A DNA stretch of 64,000 nucleotides from a virus (Duplodnaviria; Caudoviricetes): the IMG/VR virus record IMGVR_UViG_3300036797_000054, positions 58,745-122,744 of that record. The stretch is one strand, 5' to 3'. Positions 41,988 to 52,064 of the stretch are shown here, one piece after another. Each line of letters begins with the position of its first letter. Positions within the stretch are counted from its first letter, which is position 1. The position numbers were made by a program, and so were the translations under genes. The notes under the pieces are model-generated. The model ran no database searches. It was not told the DNA's origin and worked only from the letters and a program-made list of their open reading frames with translations.

Positions 41988-42149
41988 ATGCTTGGAGATG
42001 AGCAGGAGGGCAGCGGCGACGGCGGGGACGGCGGCGCGGGCGTCGAGGTCAACACCGACGGCGGCGACGCCACGGTCGAGACGGGCGGCGACGGCGGCTC
42101 GGGCGGCGAGTCCGGCGGCGGCGGCGAGGGCGGCAGCGGCGACGAGTAG
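41988..42149 (+). CDS. 53-aa Gly/Asp/Glu-rich microprotein
   Basis: TAGGCT box, purine-rich RBS, GGC/GAC/GAG codons, own terminator; below the ORF-track cutoff. Confidence 0.65.
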   Translation: MLGDEQEGSGDGGDGGAGVEVNTDGGDATVETGGDGGSGGESGGGGEGGSGDE

Positions 42150-42176
42150 CCTGCTTGTCGTTCTGCCTGAACTACC

Positions 42177-42212
42177 GCGAGGCCCGGTCCACGACCGGGC
42201 CTCGCTATTCTT
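42177..42212 (+). terminator. intrinsic terminator
   Basis: 13-bp perfect stem GCGAGGCCCGGTC/GACCGGGCCTCGC followed by TATTCTT. Confidence 0.7.
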
Positions 42213-42272
42213 GGCGGCAATGATCCCGCGAGTCAGACGAAAACCGGCCGTTGCATCCGCCGCGTCTCACTC

Positions 42273-42345
42273 GCGGGCGTAGCTCAACTGGTAGAGCCCC
42301 GGGCTTTTAACCTGTGGGATGCGAGTTCGACTCTCGTCGCCCGTA
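42273..42345 (+). tRNA. tRNA-Lys(TTT)
   Basis: 73-nt cloverleaf: GCGGGCG/CGCCCGT, GCTC-AACTGGTA-GAGC, loop CTTTTAA, GCGAG-TTCGACT-CTCGT; no CCA. Confidence 0.85.
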
Positions 42346-42532
42346 TGAACCAAGCGCAGCGTGACTACGTGAAACGCGTCGTGGCGTCCAATCCGCACCT
42401 GCTCGTCGTGTGCCACAAGAAGCCCCACGGGCACGTCATCGTGGAGGCCCTCGAACGCCGGGCCAGTCGCCGCGTGACGGTCGGGCTGATCCTGCTCGGA
42501 CCCGACGGCAAGCCGATCGCCACCGAGCGCAG

Positions 42533-42594
42533 TTGACGCCGTGAGCAGCGTTTGATAGCTTGCGCGAGGCAACCGAAGCTACTGGAGGTGCGAG
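42533..42594 (+). promoter_or_regulatory. promoter with operator and leader motif
   Basis: TTGACG-N17-TAGCTT; GCAGCGTTTG in the spacer; GCAACCGA...GGAGG leader. Confidence 0.7.
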
Positions 42595-45500
42595 ATGGAC
42601 CTAGCAGAGCAGACGCGTAGGAAGTACCGCATCGAGGTCGCCCAGCCGGGCTTTATCGAGGCCCACGAGGGCGGCGTAGTCGTCACGGTCGAGGGCAACT
42701 TCGGTGACGCGATGGGCATCGTCCAAGCCCTCGTTGTGCAGACCGAGCGCGCGCTGGCCGTGGCGGCGAACTGGGGCACAAAAGGCATCAAGGACTGCAT
42801 GGAGGCAGGTGAGCCCGCGGCGCGCGTCATGGGGTGGGAGTTCACCCTGACGCAGCTCGCCGACGACGAGTAGCCCGGTGGAGAGTTCGTCACGCAAGCT
42901 CGTGCATCCTCATCCGATGCCCGGCTGGATCGCGGTTCAGCCGATCCCGCAACCCGAGGACCCGAGCGACCGCTGCGCCTCATGCGGCGAGGTCCACCGG
43001 CAAGACGCGCCCCATCAGGGCGGCTTGATGGTGCTCCAGCTCGGACCGCAGGGCATCAGCGTCGCCGATCCTCGCAAAGGTCAAGGGGGGGGGCATCAGG
43101 GCCAGCCATTGCGCATCTACCGCGGCATCGTGCTGGAGATCGGCGAGCACCCGCAGATCGAGGTCCCGTTCGAGGTCGAGGCCGTGGTGTGCTTTCCGGC
43201 GGGCTCGGGCGTCTACATCGGCGATGCGCTGTTCATGCTCGCTGAAAGGCCCGTGGCATGGGAAGACTGAGGCACGATTCGCCCAACGAGCTGATTTCCA
43301 ACGAGGCGCTTCGCCAGGCGTACTTGCGTGCGCGCAGTCGTGGGCGCGACGAGATCGACATTGTGCTTGACCTCGGCTGGCGCGATCGCAGTGGCAGGCC
43401 GGACACGGTGCGGCTGCGACGTTCGCTTGGACTCTCACCCGATGGCGGCAAGGGCATCACGCGCCAGCGCGTGACCTACCGCGTCGCAGTGGCTATCACG
43501 AGAGCGATCGGAGCTGATCCGGTGGAGGTTGGAATATGAGCAAGAGGGCAGAAACATTGACGACGAAACAGCGCGCGCTGCTCATGGCGAGCGACGGCGA
43601 GTGGCGCACGGTGGACGAGCTGGTCGAGCGCGCCGATGAGCAGCGCGGGGCCGGATCACGCAAGGCCGAACGCGTCCGGCGACCTTGGGCATACGAGACG
43701 CTGCTGGAGTTCAACGGCGTGCTGTGGGACTACGGACGGCCGCGGCTCACCCCGCAGGACAGGATGCGCCACGGAATAGAGGACGGCACGTTCCGCCTCA
43801 ACCGCGCCGGGCGCATCCTGCAAGCCGAACTGCTGAGGCTGAAGGCATGACGGTTTCCAAGGTGAAGACGGACGTGGCGCAGGCGCTGAGCCCCGAGTGG
43901 CAGCACATCGGCTGCCCGCACTGTGGCTTTGTCGGCCAGTGGCTGCGCGAGCGTATGGAGCAGCCGTACTGCGCGCACAATGGACAGGGGCCGATGTGGC
44001 TCACGCCGCGTCAGTTGGAGGAGGGACCGCCCGAGCGCTGGACGCAGATGGTGCCGGTGACGATCGGCCAGCTCCAGGTGACGGAGAAGATGGTCGAGCG
44101 CGCATGGACGTATGCGCAGGGTACGTTTTTCCAGCAGCCCGCAGCCCTCGTGCGTGAGATGTACCCGGAGGTGCGTCAGGGATACGTGGACGACATGAAG
44201 CGCCAGCTCCGCGAGTGCTTGACACGCGCATTGGAGTCGGAATGAGCGACGCCAAGACCGATCCGACCATGGCACCGCAGCCGTTCACGTCCTACGGGGC
44301 GATCGAGGCGATGCAGTACACCGGCGAGAACGCCGAGGCGATCTCGGAATGGGCCGGGTGGATGATCGCGTGCTTGACGGCCGTCGGCTCGATGGAAATC
44401 TCGACGCCGAGGGGGCGCGAGCTGCTGCACCAAGACGACTGGCTTGTGAAAGCGCGCCCTGGAATCCTGGGTCGCAACTTCTACGTCTGCAAGTCGGCGC
44501 TGTTCGATGCGCTCTGGCGACCGTCACGCGCCGAGCTGAATCTCCGCGTTGTGCCAGGCAAGCGGATCGAGGAGGTCATGTCGCTGCGCTGGCGCGTCGG
44601 CGACGGCGGCAACATCCACACGATGCACGGCGATGAGGCGAGCGAGGAGGACCCGATCCTGGGCACAACCGGGATGCTCGGTCTGGCGGTGTTGGTGGTC
44701 GAGCAGCACAACCGCGCTCTGGCTATGGAGCGCGGCGACGCCGCGCTCGCCGAGTCGTGCGCGAGCTGCCACCACCCGCGAGGCTTCCACTACCGCGGCC
44801 GATGCCACAATCCAGACCCGGCTTGCTACTGCGTAGCATTCGAGTCTGCTACGAGGGAGTGAACGATGGGCCTCTACAACATGCTGCACGGCACCAACCC
44901 CGCGTCGGGGCTGCTCCTGCGCCTCGCGGGATTCACCAACATCCACGACGTGGGCCGCTTCCGCGATGCGTACGTCACGCTGGAGGATGGCGAGGCGCTG
45001 ATCGCGGTCTACACGCGCAACGGCGGCGGCAACCGCGAATGCGGCTGCGAAATGGACCCGAAGTGGGGCACCGCCGAGTGCAAGCATCACACCGAGGAGT
45101 ACGACACGCCCGAGACGGTCGAACTGAAACGCGACGAGGAGATCCCCGAGGGCTACACGTTCGCGAACACGACGATCGGCGACAAGCGCCTCTACAGGAC
45201 GGGGCGCGTGGTCAAGGCGACGCGCTACATCTGCGAGGAGCCGTCGAGCCCGGCGTGCGCGTGCACCGGCTGCATCATCACCTACCGGCTGCCCGCGCTG
45301 GAGAACTACGTATGCGACGAAGACGACGATTTCGACCCCACCTACTGCACGATCTACTTCACGCCGCCCGAGGAGGCCGTCGAGGCGCTGCGCCTGTTCG
45401 CGCTGCCCGCGGAGGATCGCCCCGACGCCGCGTGGCGCGACCTGATCGAGAACCTGGAGAGGCCGCTGGAGGAGATCCCCGAGGACGGCACCAAGGGCCA

Positions 45501-48500
45501 GCGCATCGCGCGCGGGCTCCTCGCCAGCTTGGCGCAGAAGCGTGAGGAGGGCAACGCAATGAGCAGCGACGCCGACGGCGCGGCTGATGGCTGAGAAGAA
45601 GCGCTACTGGTGTCCGAGCTGTGGATGCGTGCGCGAATTCTGGAGCGCGCCGCTGGTGGACTGCCGCCACAACGTGTCCGACTCGGCCGTCGCGCCGCGG
45701 CCGTTTGAGCTGATCCCTGCGTCGCATCCGCTGGCTGATCTATCTACGGAGCTGCCGAAGTGAGCGCCGACGGTCAGTGGGGCGCGCTGGTGCGCGGCAA
45801 CGGCCGCTACGACCCGAACACCGACATCGCGCATCTGCGCCGCGGCGAAGGCAAGTGCGGCCACTGCGGCCACCAAGCGCACTTCACGGCCGCGGGCTGT
45901 GCTTGTCGATGCCCGGTGCTGCTCGAACTGTCGCCCGAGCACGTCGATCGCGTCGTGGAAATCTTCGGCGGTCCCTCTCTGGAGCCGAGCGCATGAGCTG
46001 GTGCGAGAGGGAGACAATCCGGCTGGATTGGGCCTATGACCGCGATGCGAGCTGGCACGCCACCGGCGGCAGCGGGCGCAGCGCTGGCGTGATGCACATG
46101 CCGAATCCGGCTGAACCTGTGCTGGCTGCGTGCAGTAGTCGCATCGTGCTGTTCGAGGAGAGTGGCGCACCGGCAACAGAGGTGCCAGCTCACCGGCGTT
46201 GCCGACGCTCTGGCTGCACATCGCGCTGGCCGTCCGATCGGCGAGACGGCCTGAACGCGACACAGCTCGGCAAGCTGACAGCGCTGGGCTACTGCGGCTG
46301 CGACCAGTCCTGCATGCTCCTGCCAAGCGAACGCGCCCGCACACGAACGATCTGCCGCTATCGCCATGGCTCGGTCAAGTCGATCCAGCAGCTCAACAAG
46401 GCGGCGGCAGACATCCTGATCGGAGGGGCCGATGCCTGAGCACAACCAAGCACCGAGCGAAAGCTCACTTCGCGCGCTGGGAAGACGTTTGCGTGAGGAG
46501 CACGAGCGTATTCGCGGACTCGAAGCCAGCTTGCGCGGGGCTCGCCGTCGTCGTGCACTACTCGCGCTGAAGCTACTGACCGGGGGACGCACGGAGCGCT
46601 CCGTTGCTTCGCTGATCGATGTCGACTCGGCGCACATTCACCAGTGGAAGATCAAGGCGCAACGCGAACGAGAGACCGAACATGCCTAGCGAGCACAACC
46701 AAGCTCTAGAGGCGGCGGCGAAGGCGCATCGCGAAAGCGTCCGCGCGTCCTACGTGCGCGTTGCCGGGTACGGAACGATTCAACCCTGGGACGAGCTGCC
46801 GGAGTCCAGTCACGTCGCCGAGCGCGAGCACTTCGCCGCGGGTCTCGCCGCCTACGAGCAAGCCCGGCCCGAGTCGGAGCGAGAGCGGGCCTCGGAGCCA
46901 CTGACAAGCCAGGAGCGGGAGGCGCGAGAGCGCGTTTACGACAGCGCCTACGTGGCGAACATGACCGGCGAGGAGGTACGTCAGTTCGGCGTCTCGATGT
47001 GGGACGGTGCTCGCGACTTCTTCTCGGAGCGAGAGCGAGCGCTGAAGGAGGCGCTGAGCGAGGCCATAGACGTCGCGAAGCGCACGGAGTGGGACGTCGA
47101 TCCTGAAGTACAGATGATCCTTGCGCCGCTACGCGCCGCCCTGGAGGCCACCGCTCCCTGGGAGCTGAGCGACGTTCTCGATGAGCTTGCACGCTGCACG
47201 CTTCCACTTGCAGATTGGCCGCCCTGTCAAGAGCGTATGCGCTACTTGAAGGCACACTTCGCCGCCCCCACCGGACGGGAGCCGAGCGAGGCGGAGCGTA
47301 CGGTCGAAGAAGTGCGAGCCGATCAGATCGAGAAGGGCGACCGGCTGTGGAACGGCGGGGTATTCGAGCTCGTCTCCGAGATCCTTTTCAAGCCGCCTCA
47401 CAGCGAATACATCCACCTCGCGCTCGGTGAGAATGCTGCTCGGCACAACTTGAAGCCCGATAGCCGCGTTCTTCGTCTCGCCGCCCTCCCTCAGCAGCCA
47501 CGGGAGAAGATATGAGCAAGCCAATCATCTATTGCTTCTGCAATCTGCCGATGTGGACCGAGCTCGGCGGCCCCGTCGTGGCGCTGGCCGAGGACGGCAC
47601 GCTGCTTGCCTCGCACTACTCCAGCAACGAGAGCTTCGCGCAGATGGATATCGGCGTGCTGCCCTACATGCCCGGCGTGCCGCCCGCGGGCGCGGGCAAC
47701 ACCGCCCGCTACGACGCGCATTACCCTGACGGGTATGAGCTGGTGTGGATCGAGAACGCGGGCGAGGACGAGCGGGTGCTGCGCGCGGCTGAGCTGAATC
47801 GCCAGCAAGCGATCGCAGCGGGCGGCGGGGGCAGCGGTGTGTTTGTCCCCGACCCGCACGGCAACGACGGCCAGCGCGAACTGACCGTCGCCGAGGCGCG
47901 GGAGCGCGGCCTGTGATCGACAAGCTCGCAGCGATGCCGTGGTGGGCATGGCTGCGCCTCGCCCTGTTCGGGCCGTCGTGCGTGATCGGCGACGTGCAAT
48001 GGATCATCCGGTGGCTGTCGTGAGCAGCGCCGCGATCGCGCTTCGACTACCGCGGCTGCGTCGCCTTCAGCGGCCGCCCGCGTGTCTCGTGCTGCTCGTG
48101 CTGGAGTTGATCCTGGACATGGTGTGGCTCGGGGTGTCGTTGCTGTGGTGGAGGCACCATTCGCCGCTCGTCGCTGGGATCTCGGCCGCGATCTGGATGT
48201 GGCTCTTGCGCAGAGATCACCACAAGCTCCTCCAATGTCTCGTGGCCTGGCGGATGGGGGCACGCCTCAGAACAGTTTCGTTGTTCGAGTGGGTGTGGGT
48301 AGTGAGCTTCTTGGCCTGGGGACTCCTCGAATTCATTCTGATCCTTGGCTGACTTCGAGCTAGCCAACGGCACAAAGCTGCTCAACGTCCACGCCGAGGA
48401 CGAGTGCGTCGGGGCGTGCCCGATTCACAAACCGAGCGATCACCACATGCGCGACTGGCCCCTGGAGTGGCGCGACGAAAAGGGCATCTTCGAGCGCATG

Positions 48501-48623
48501 TGTCCGCACCGGATCGGCCACCCCGATCCCGACAGCATGGCGCGCGCGCTCGAATACGACGAGCTCGTCGGCATCGGCGTACATGGCTGCGACGGGTGTT
48601 GCGGAGTGCCGATCCCGCAATGA
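42595..48623 (+). other. run of coupled hypothetical ORFs
   Basis: e.g. 42595-42873, 43258-43539, 43536-43850, 44866-45594, 46432-46689, 46682-47515, 47512-47916, 48345-48623. Confidence 0.6.
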
Positions 48624-48967
48624 TTTTCCGCAAAGACCTTGCCGAAAAGGTCATGGCGGGCGAGAAGACCGTCACGCGCCGCCTGTGCTCGGAGAACAAG
48701 CGCTCGCCGTGGTATCGCTTCGGCTGCCGCTACGAGCGCGGCAAGGAGTTCACGGTCAACCCCGGCCGTGGCATTCCCAACATCGGTCGGGCGCGCGTCA
48801 CGTCATGTGAGCGAGTGCCGATCGACTACCTGATGTTGGACGACGCCCTCGCCGAGGGCTTTGCGTCCGTGACCGAGTTCATGCTGGGCTTCATGGCGAT
48901 CAACGGCTGGAGCAAGTGGAATCCCGACGCTGCGGTCTGGCGCGTCGAGTTCGAGGTCTGCTCGTGA
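48620..48967 (+). CDS. ASCH-domain protein
   Basis: MIF......V.AGEKTVTRR...DA.AEGF....EF...VWRVEF. Confidence 0.8.
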   Translation: MIFRKDLAEKVMAGEKTVTRRLCSENKRSPWYRFGCRYERGKEFTVNPGRGIPNIGRARVTSCERVPIDYLMLDDALAEGFASVTEFMLGFMAINGWSKWNPDAAVWRVEFEVCS

Positions 48968-49269
48968 GCGGCATGCTGTACACGCTGCCCGAGGTTGCCG
49001 GGCTCTGTGGGGTCGAGTACCGCACGCTCCATAGCTGGATGGCCCGCGGCCTCCTGCGCGTCACGCGCGAGGCCGACGGCTCGGGCAAGCCTGCGATGTT
49101 CAGCCACGACGATCTACGCTTCGCCGAAGTGCTGACGCGCCTGCGCACGTTCGGGCTAAGCATGGGCGGTCTGGAGAAGGTGGCGCGCGACTGGGCACCG
49201 CTGAGCGACGGCATCGTGTTCGAGATCGGACCCGGCCTGACGCTGGTCATCGAGCCCAAGCTGACATGA
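48964..49269 (+). CDS. MerR-like HTH protein
   Basis: YTLPEVAGLCGVEYRTLHSW..RGLL...GSG....FS.DDL...LR..GLS. Confidence 0.75.
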   Translation: MSGMLYTLPEVAGLCGVEYRTLHSWMARGLLRVTREADGSGKPAMFSHDDLRFAEVLTRLRTFGLSMGGLEKVARDWAPLSDGIVFEIGPGLTLVIEPKLT

Positions 49270-49556
49270 GCTTCCTGCATATCACCTGCAACTGGTGTGG
49301 GGAGCGTTACACGACCGGGATCGTCGGTTCGTGGCCCGTCGGCACCGGGCACGTCTGTACCGTGGACAAGCCATGCTCGATCGCGGGTTGCTCTGAGCTA
49401 GGCAGAGCGCTGACGATCAAGTCGGTTGTGCGCCGCGACGGCGAGACTCCCGAGGAGCTTGCCCTGCGCGAGATGGAGACTTGCGAGTTCCGCTGCATCG
49501 AGCACATTCGTAGCGAGGGACTGATCATCCTGGGGTTCCAGCCGCGAGGCTAACAC

Positions 49557-49620
49557 TTGCATCCCTGAGCAGCATTTGATAGCTTGTCGCGGGCAACCGA
49601 CTGATGGAGGTAGACGATGG
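49557..49620 (+). promoter_or_regulatory. promoter with operator and 31-nt repeated leader
   Basis: TTGCAT-N17-TAGCTT; GCAGCATTTG; 49590-49620 is identical to 56728-56758. Confidence 0.7.
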
Positions 49621-49684
49621 CCCCGAGGAGGAGCAGTTCGCGGTCCACGGCTGCGGAACGTAAGGCGCTGATGGACACCGGCGC

Positions 49685-50089
49685 ATGAACCGCGCACCCA
49701 TCCGGCCCTGTGGATCATGCCCATATCGCCGCGACTGTTCGTCCGGGGTGTGGGCGCGATCCGAGTACAGCAAGCTGCCGCAGTACGACGAGGACACGCC
49801 GTCCCAGCCGTTCGGCCTGTTCCTCTGCCATCAGCAGGACGGCCGCGTCTGCGCCGGATGGGCAGGCTGCCATGACATGACGCACTCTCTCGCGCTGCGC
49901 CTCGCGGCAAGCGACGGACGCCTCAGTGCCGCAGAGATCAACGCAATCCTCGACTACGAGAGTCCGATCGAACTATTCAGCACCGGCGCAGAGGCTGCTG
50001 CACACGGTGAAGCAGCGATCGAGATCCCGGACACACGAGCGAGGCGTACGATCGGCACACTGGTTCGCAAGCAGGAGCGCCGCGCCTGA
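49685..50089 (+). CDS. Cys-rich protein (DUF6283-like)
   Basis: PCGSCPYRRD..SGVW...EY.KL..YD...F.CH...CAGW. Confidence 0.6.
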   Translation: MNRAPIRPCGSCPYRRDCSSGVWARSEYSKLPQYDEDTPSQPFGLFLCHQQDGRVCAGWAGCHDMTHSLALRLAASDGRLSAAEINAILDYESPIELFSTGAEAAAHGEAAIEIPDTRARRTIGTLVRKQERRA

Positions 50090-51407
50090 TGGAGGGAATA
50101 CCGGAGTCGGCCGATATAACGCTGCTCGACGTGATGCCTTACCTCAAGGACGCCGCTGTCATGGCGGCCACCGCGTTCATCGGCTCGGGCGCTGATCCCG
50201 AGGCAGCGATTGCGTTCTTGGAGCGGGCTGATGCAGCGCGTGCCGAAGGTGACGACCGGCCGTTCAGCAGCGAGCGGCTGATTGCTCAAGCGATCCGTGA
50301 AGCGCGTGATCAAGTCAACGAGCGGAAAGGCGGCGGCGATGGCGAAGGATGAGGATTTCGAGAGCGACGTGGTAGCGATCCGCTACGACACGAGCAAGCC
50401 GTGGAACGAACCAGAGCGTCGCGCACGTTGGCAACTGCTCAGCAAGTCGAACCAGTACGGCAACCGCTCCGTGAAGGAGGACGACATCCCTGTCGAGCGC
50501 GCGCTGGCGATCGCTGAACTGCTTGGCTGCCGCGAGAAGGCCGTCGCGGCAATGCAGGCCGAGGTCCAAGCGCTGAAGCAGTCCGCGGCCGCGCGGCTGC
50601 GACGCTCGCGCGAGGAGCGCATGCGCACGGAGCTCCACGCGCTGGACGAGCGTGCCGCTGCGCGCGAGCTGGAAAAGGTCGTCGCGCGTGCCGCGTGAGC
50701 TGTCTGACTTGGAGTACGCAACGCTGGCGTGGTCGGGCACTCTCTACACGCTGAGGGATGTCGAGACCGCAGCCCGCAAGCTCTGCGGCCGTGGCGTCAG
50801 TGTCGAGGCCGACGAGATCCCGGACGTGCGCCAGATCAACGTGACGCTCACCGCAGATCGGCGCAAACGCCTGTGGCTCTGGCTGATGCCGCCCGAGCAG
50901 GACGCCACGCGTAAGAGCGTCGAGTCCAATCTTGCGGGCAGGGTGCCCGTGATCACCCGTGTCCACGTTCGGTGGGCGCACGAAACAGGAGGTGCACGGT
51001 GAAGACAATCCACCGATACAAGGTGGCCGCGAGCGAGAAGCCGCAGCCGATCGAGATGACCGAGGGCGCTCGCGTTGTCAGCGTCGGCGCGCGACCGCGC
51101 GATCCCGGCAGCGTGTCGCTGTGGGCCGAAGTGGACACCGAGGCCGAGACCAAGACGCGATGGTTCCTGATCACCGGGACCGGCCACCCGATTCCACGGT
51201 GCGCCGACACCGCCGACGGCGGTGAACGCCAGTTGCGCTTCATCGGCACGGTGCCGTTGCCCGAGTTCGGCCTGGTCTGGCACGTATGGGGGGTGCCCTG
51301 GGGTGCGTCACTCGTATGAGGCGCAGGATGGGCGACCCGGCGGTTCTCCGGCTCCGGACGCATAGCGAGCACGCAGCACTTTCGAGAGTCGCGGGTACGG
51401 TTGCCTT

Positions 51408-52064
51408 GTGGCCATCGAACTGCGCGGAACTCCTAGCACGGCGAAAAAAGGCAGCGTCACGTCGCTCAGCGTGACTGCACCTACCGGCGCTCTGCCGAAA
51501 GATTTCGGCATCCTCATTGCCTCCATGTCGAACGTCGCCGCGACGATGACGGGACCGACGGGCTGGACGCTGTTGACGACGATCAAAGCCAGCGAACGCG
51601 AAAACACCTATGCGATCTACTACCGCAAACTGGTGACAGGCGTAGGGAGCGAAGACCTCAACCCGTCGGTCAGCGCGAGTGTCTCTACGACGCTTGACCT
51701 GATGTACGTGTTGATCAAGACGGGCACGTATAACGAAGCTGCGCCGATCAACGCACAGTCCTCGTCGTGGACCGAGACGTCGAAAACCACGGCGCTCGAA
51801 TCCGAAACAGCAGGCATCACGACGACGGTTGCCAACACGCTGCTGCTGTGGATCGAGGGCGGCACGCAGACGCCGACGACAGTTACAGGCTTTGCGCAAC
51901 AAGGAGAAAGCACCAACGAGCAGGTGTGGACGGCTACGCAAGCCGCTGTGGGCGCGACGGGCAACATCAAATTCACGCGGCAGACAAAAGTCGCCTACGA
52001 CAGCTATCTCATCGCGATCGCGCCCGCGAAACAGGTCTCGAACACGCCCGCCATGATGGTGTAG
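51408..52064 (+). CDS. Thr-rich beta-strand protein, possibly virion-associated
   Basis: TACGGT-N6-GTG start; PTGWTLL; lower GC than neighbours. Confidence 0.55.
   Translation: MAIELRGTPSTAKKGSVTSLSVTAPTGALPKDFGILIASMSNVAATMTGPTGWTLLTTIKASERENTYAIYYRKLVTGVGSEDLNPSVSASVSTTLDLMYVLIKTGTYNEAAPINAQSSSWTETSKTTALESETAGITTTVANTLLLWIEGGTQTPTTVTGFAQQGESTNEQVWTATQAAVGATGNIKFTRQTKVAYDSYLIAIAPAKQVSNTPAMMV

Noticed and set aside
43085-43093. G9 tract as a frameshift site
   Set aside because: The reading frame is continuous through it.
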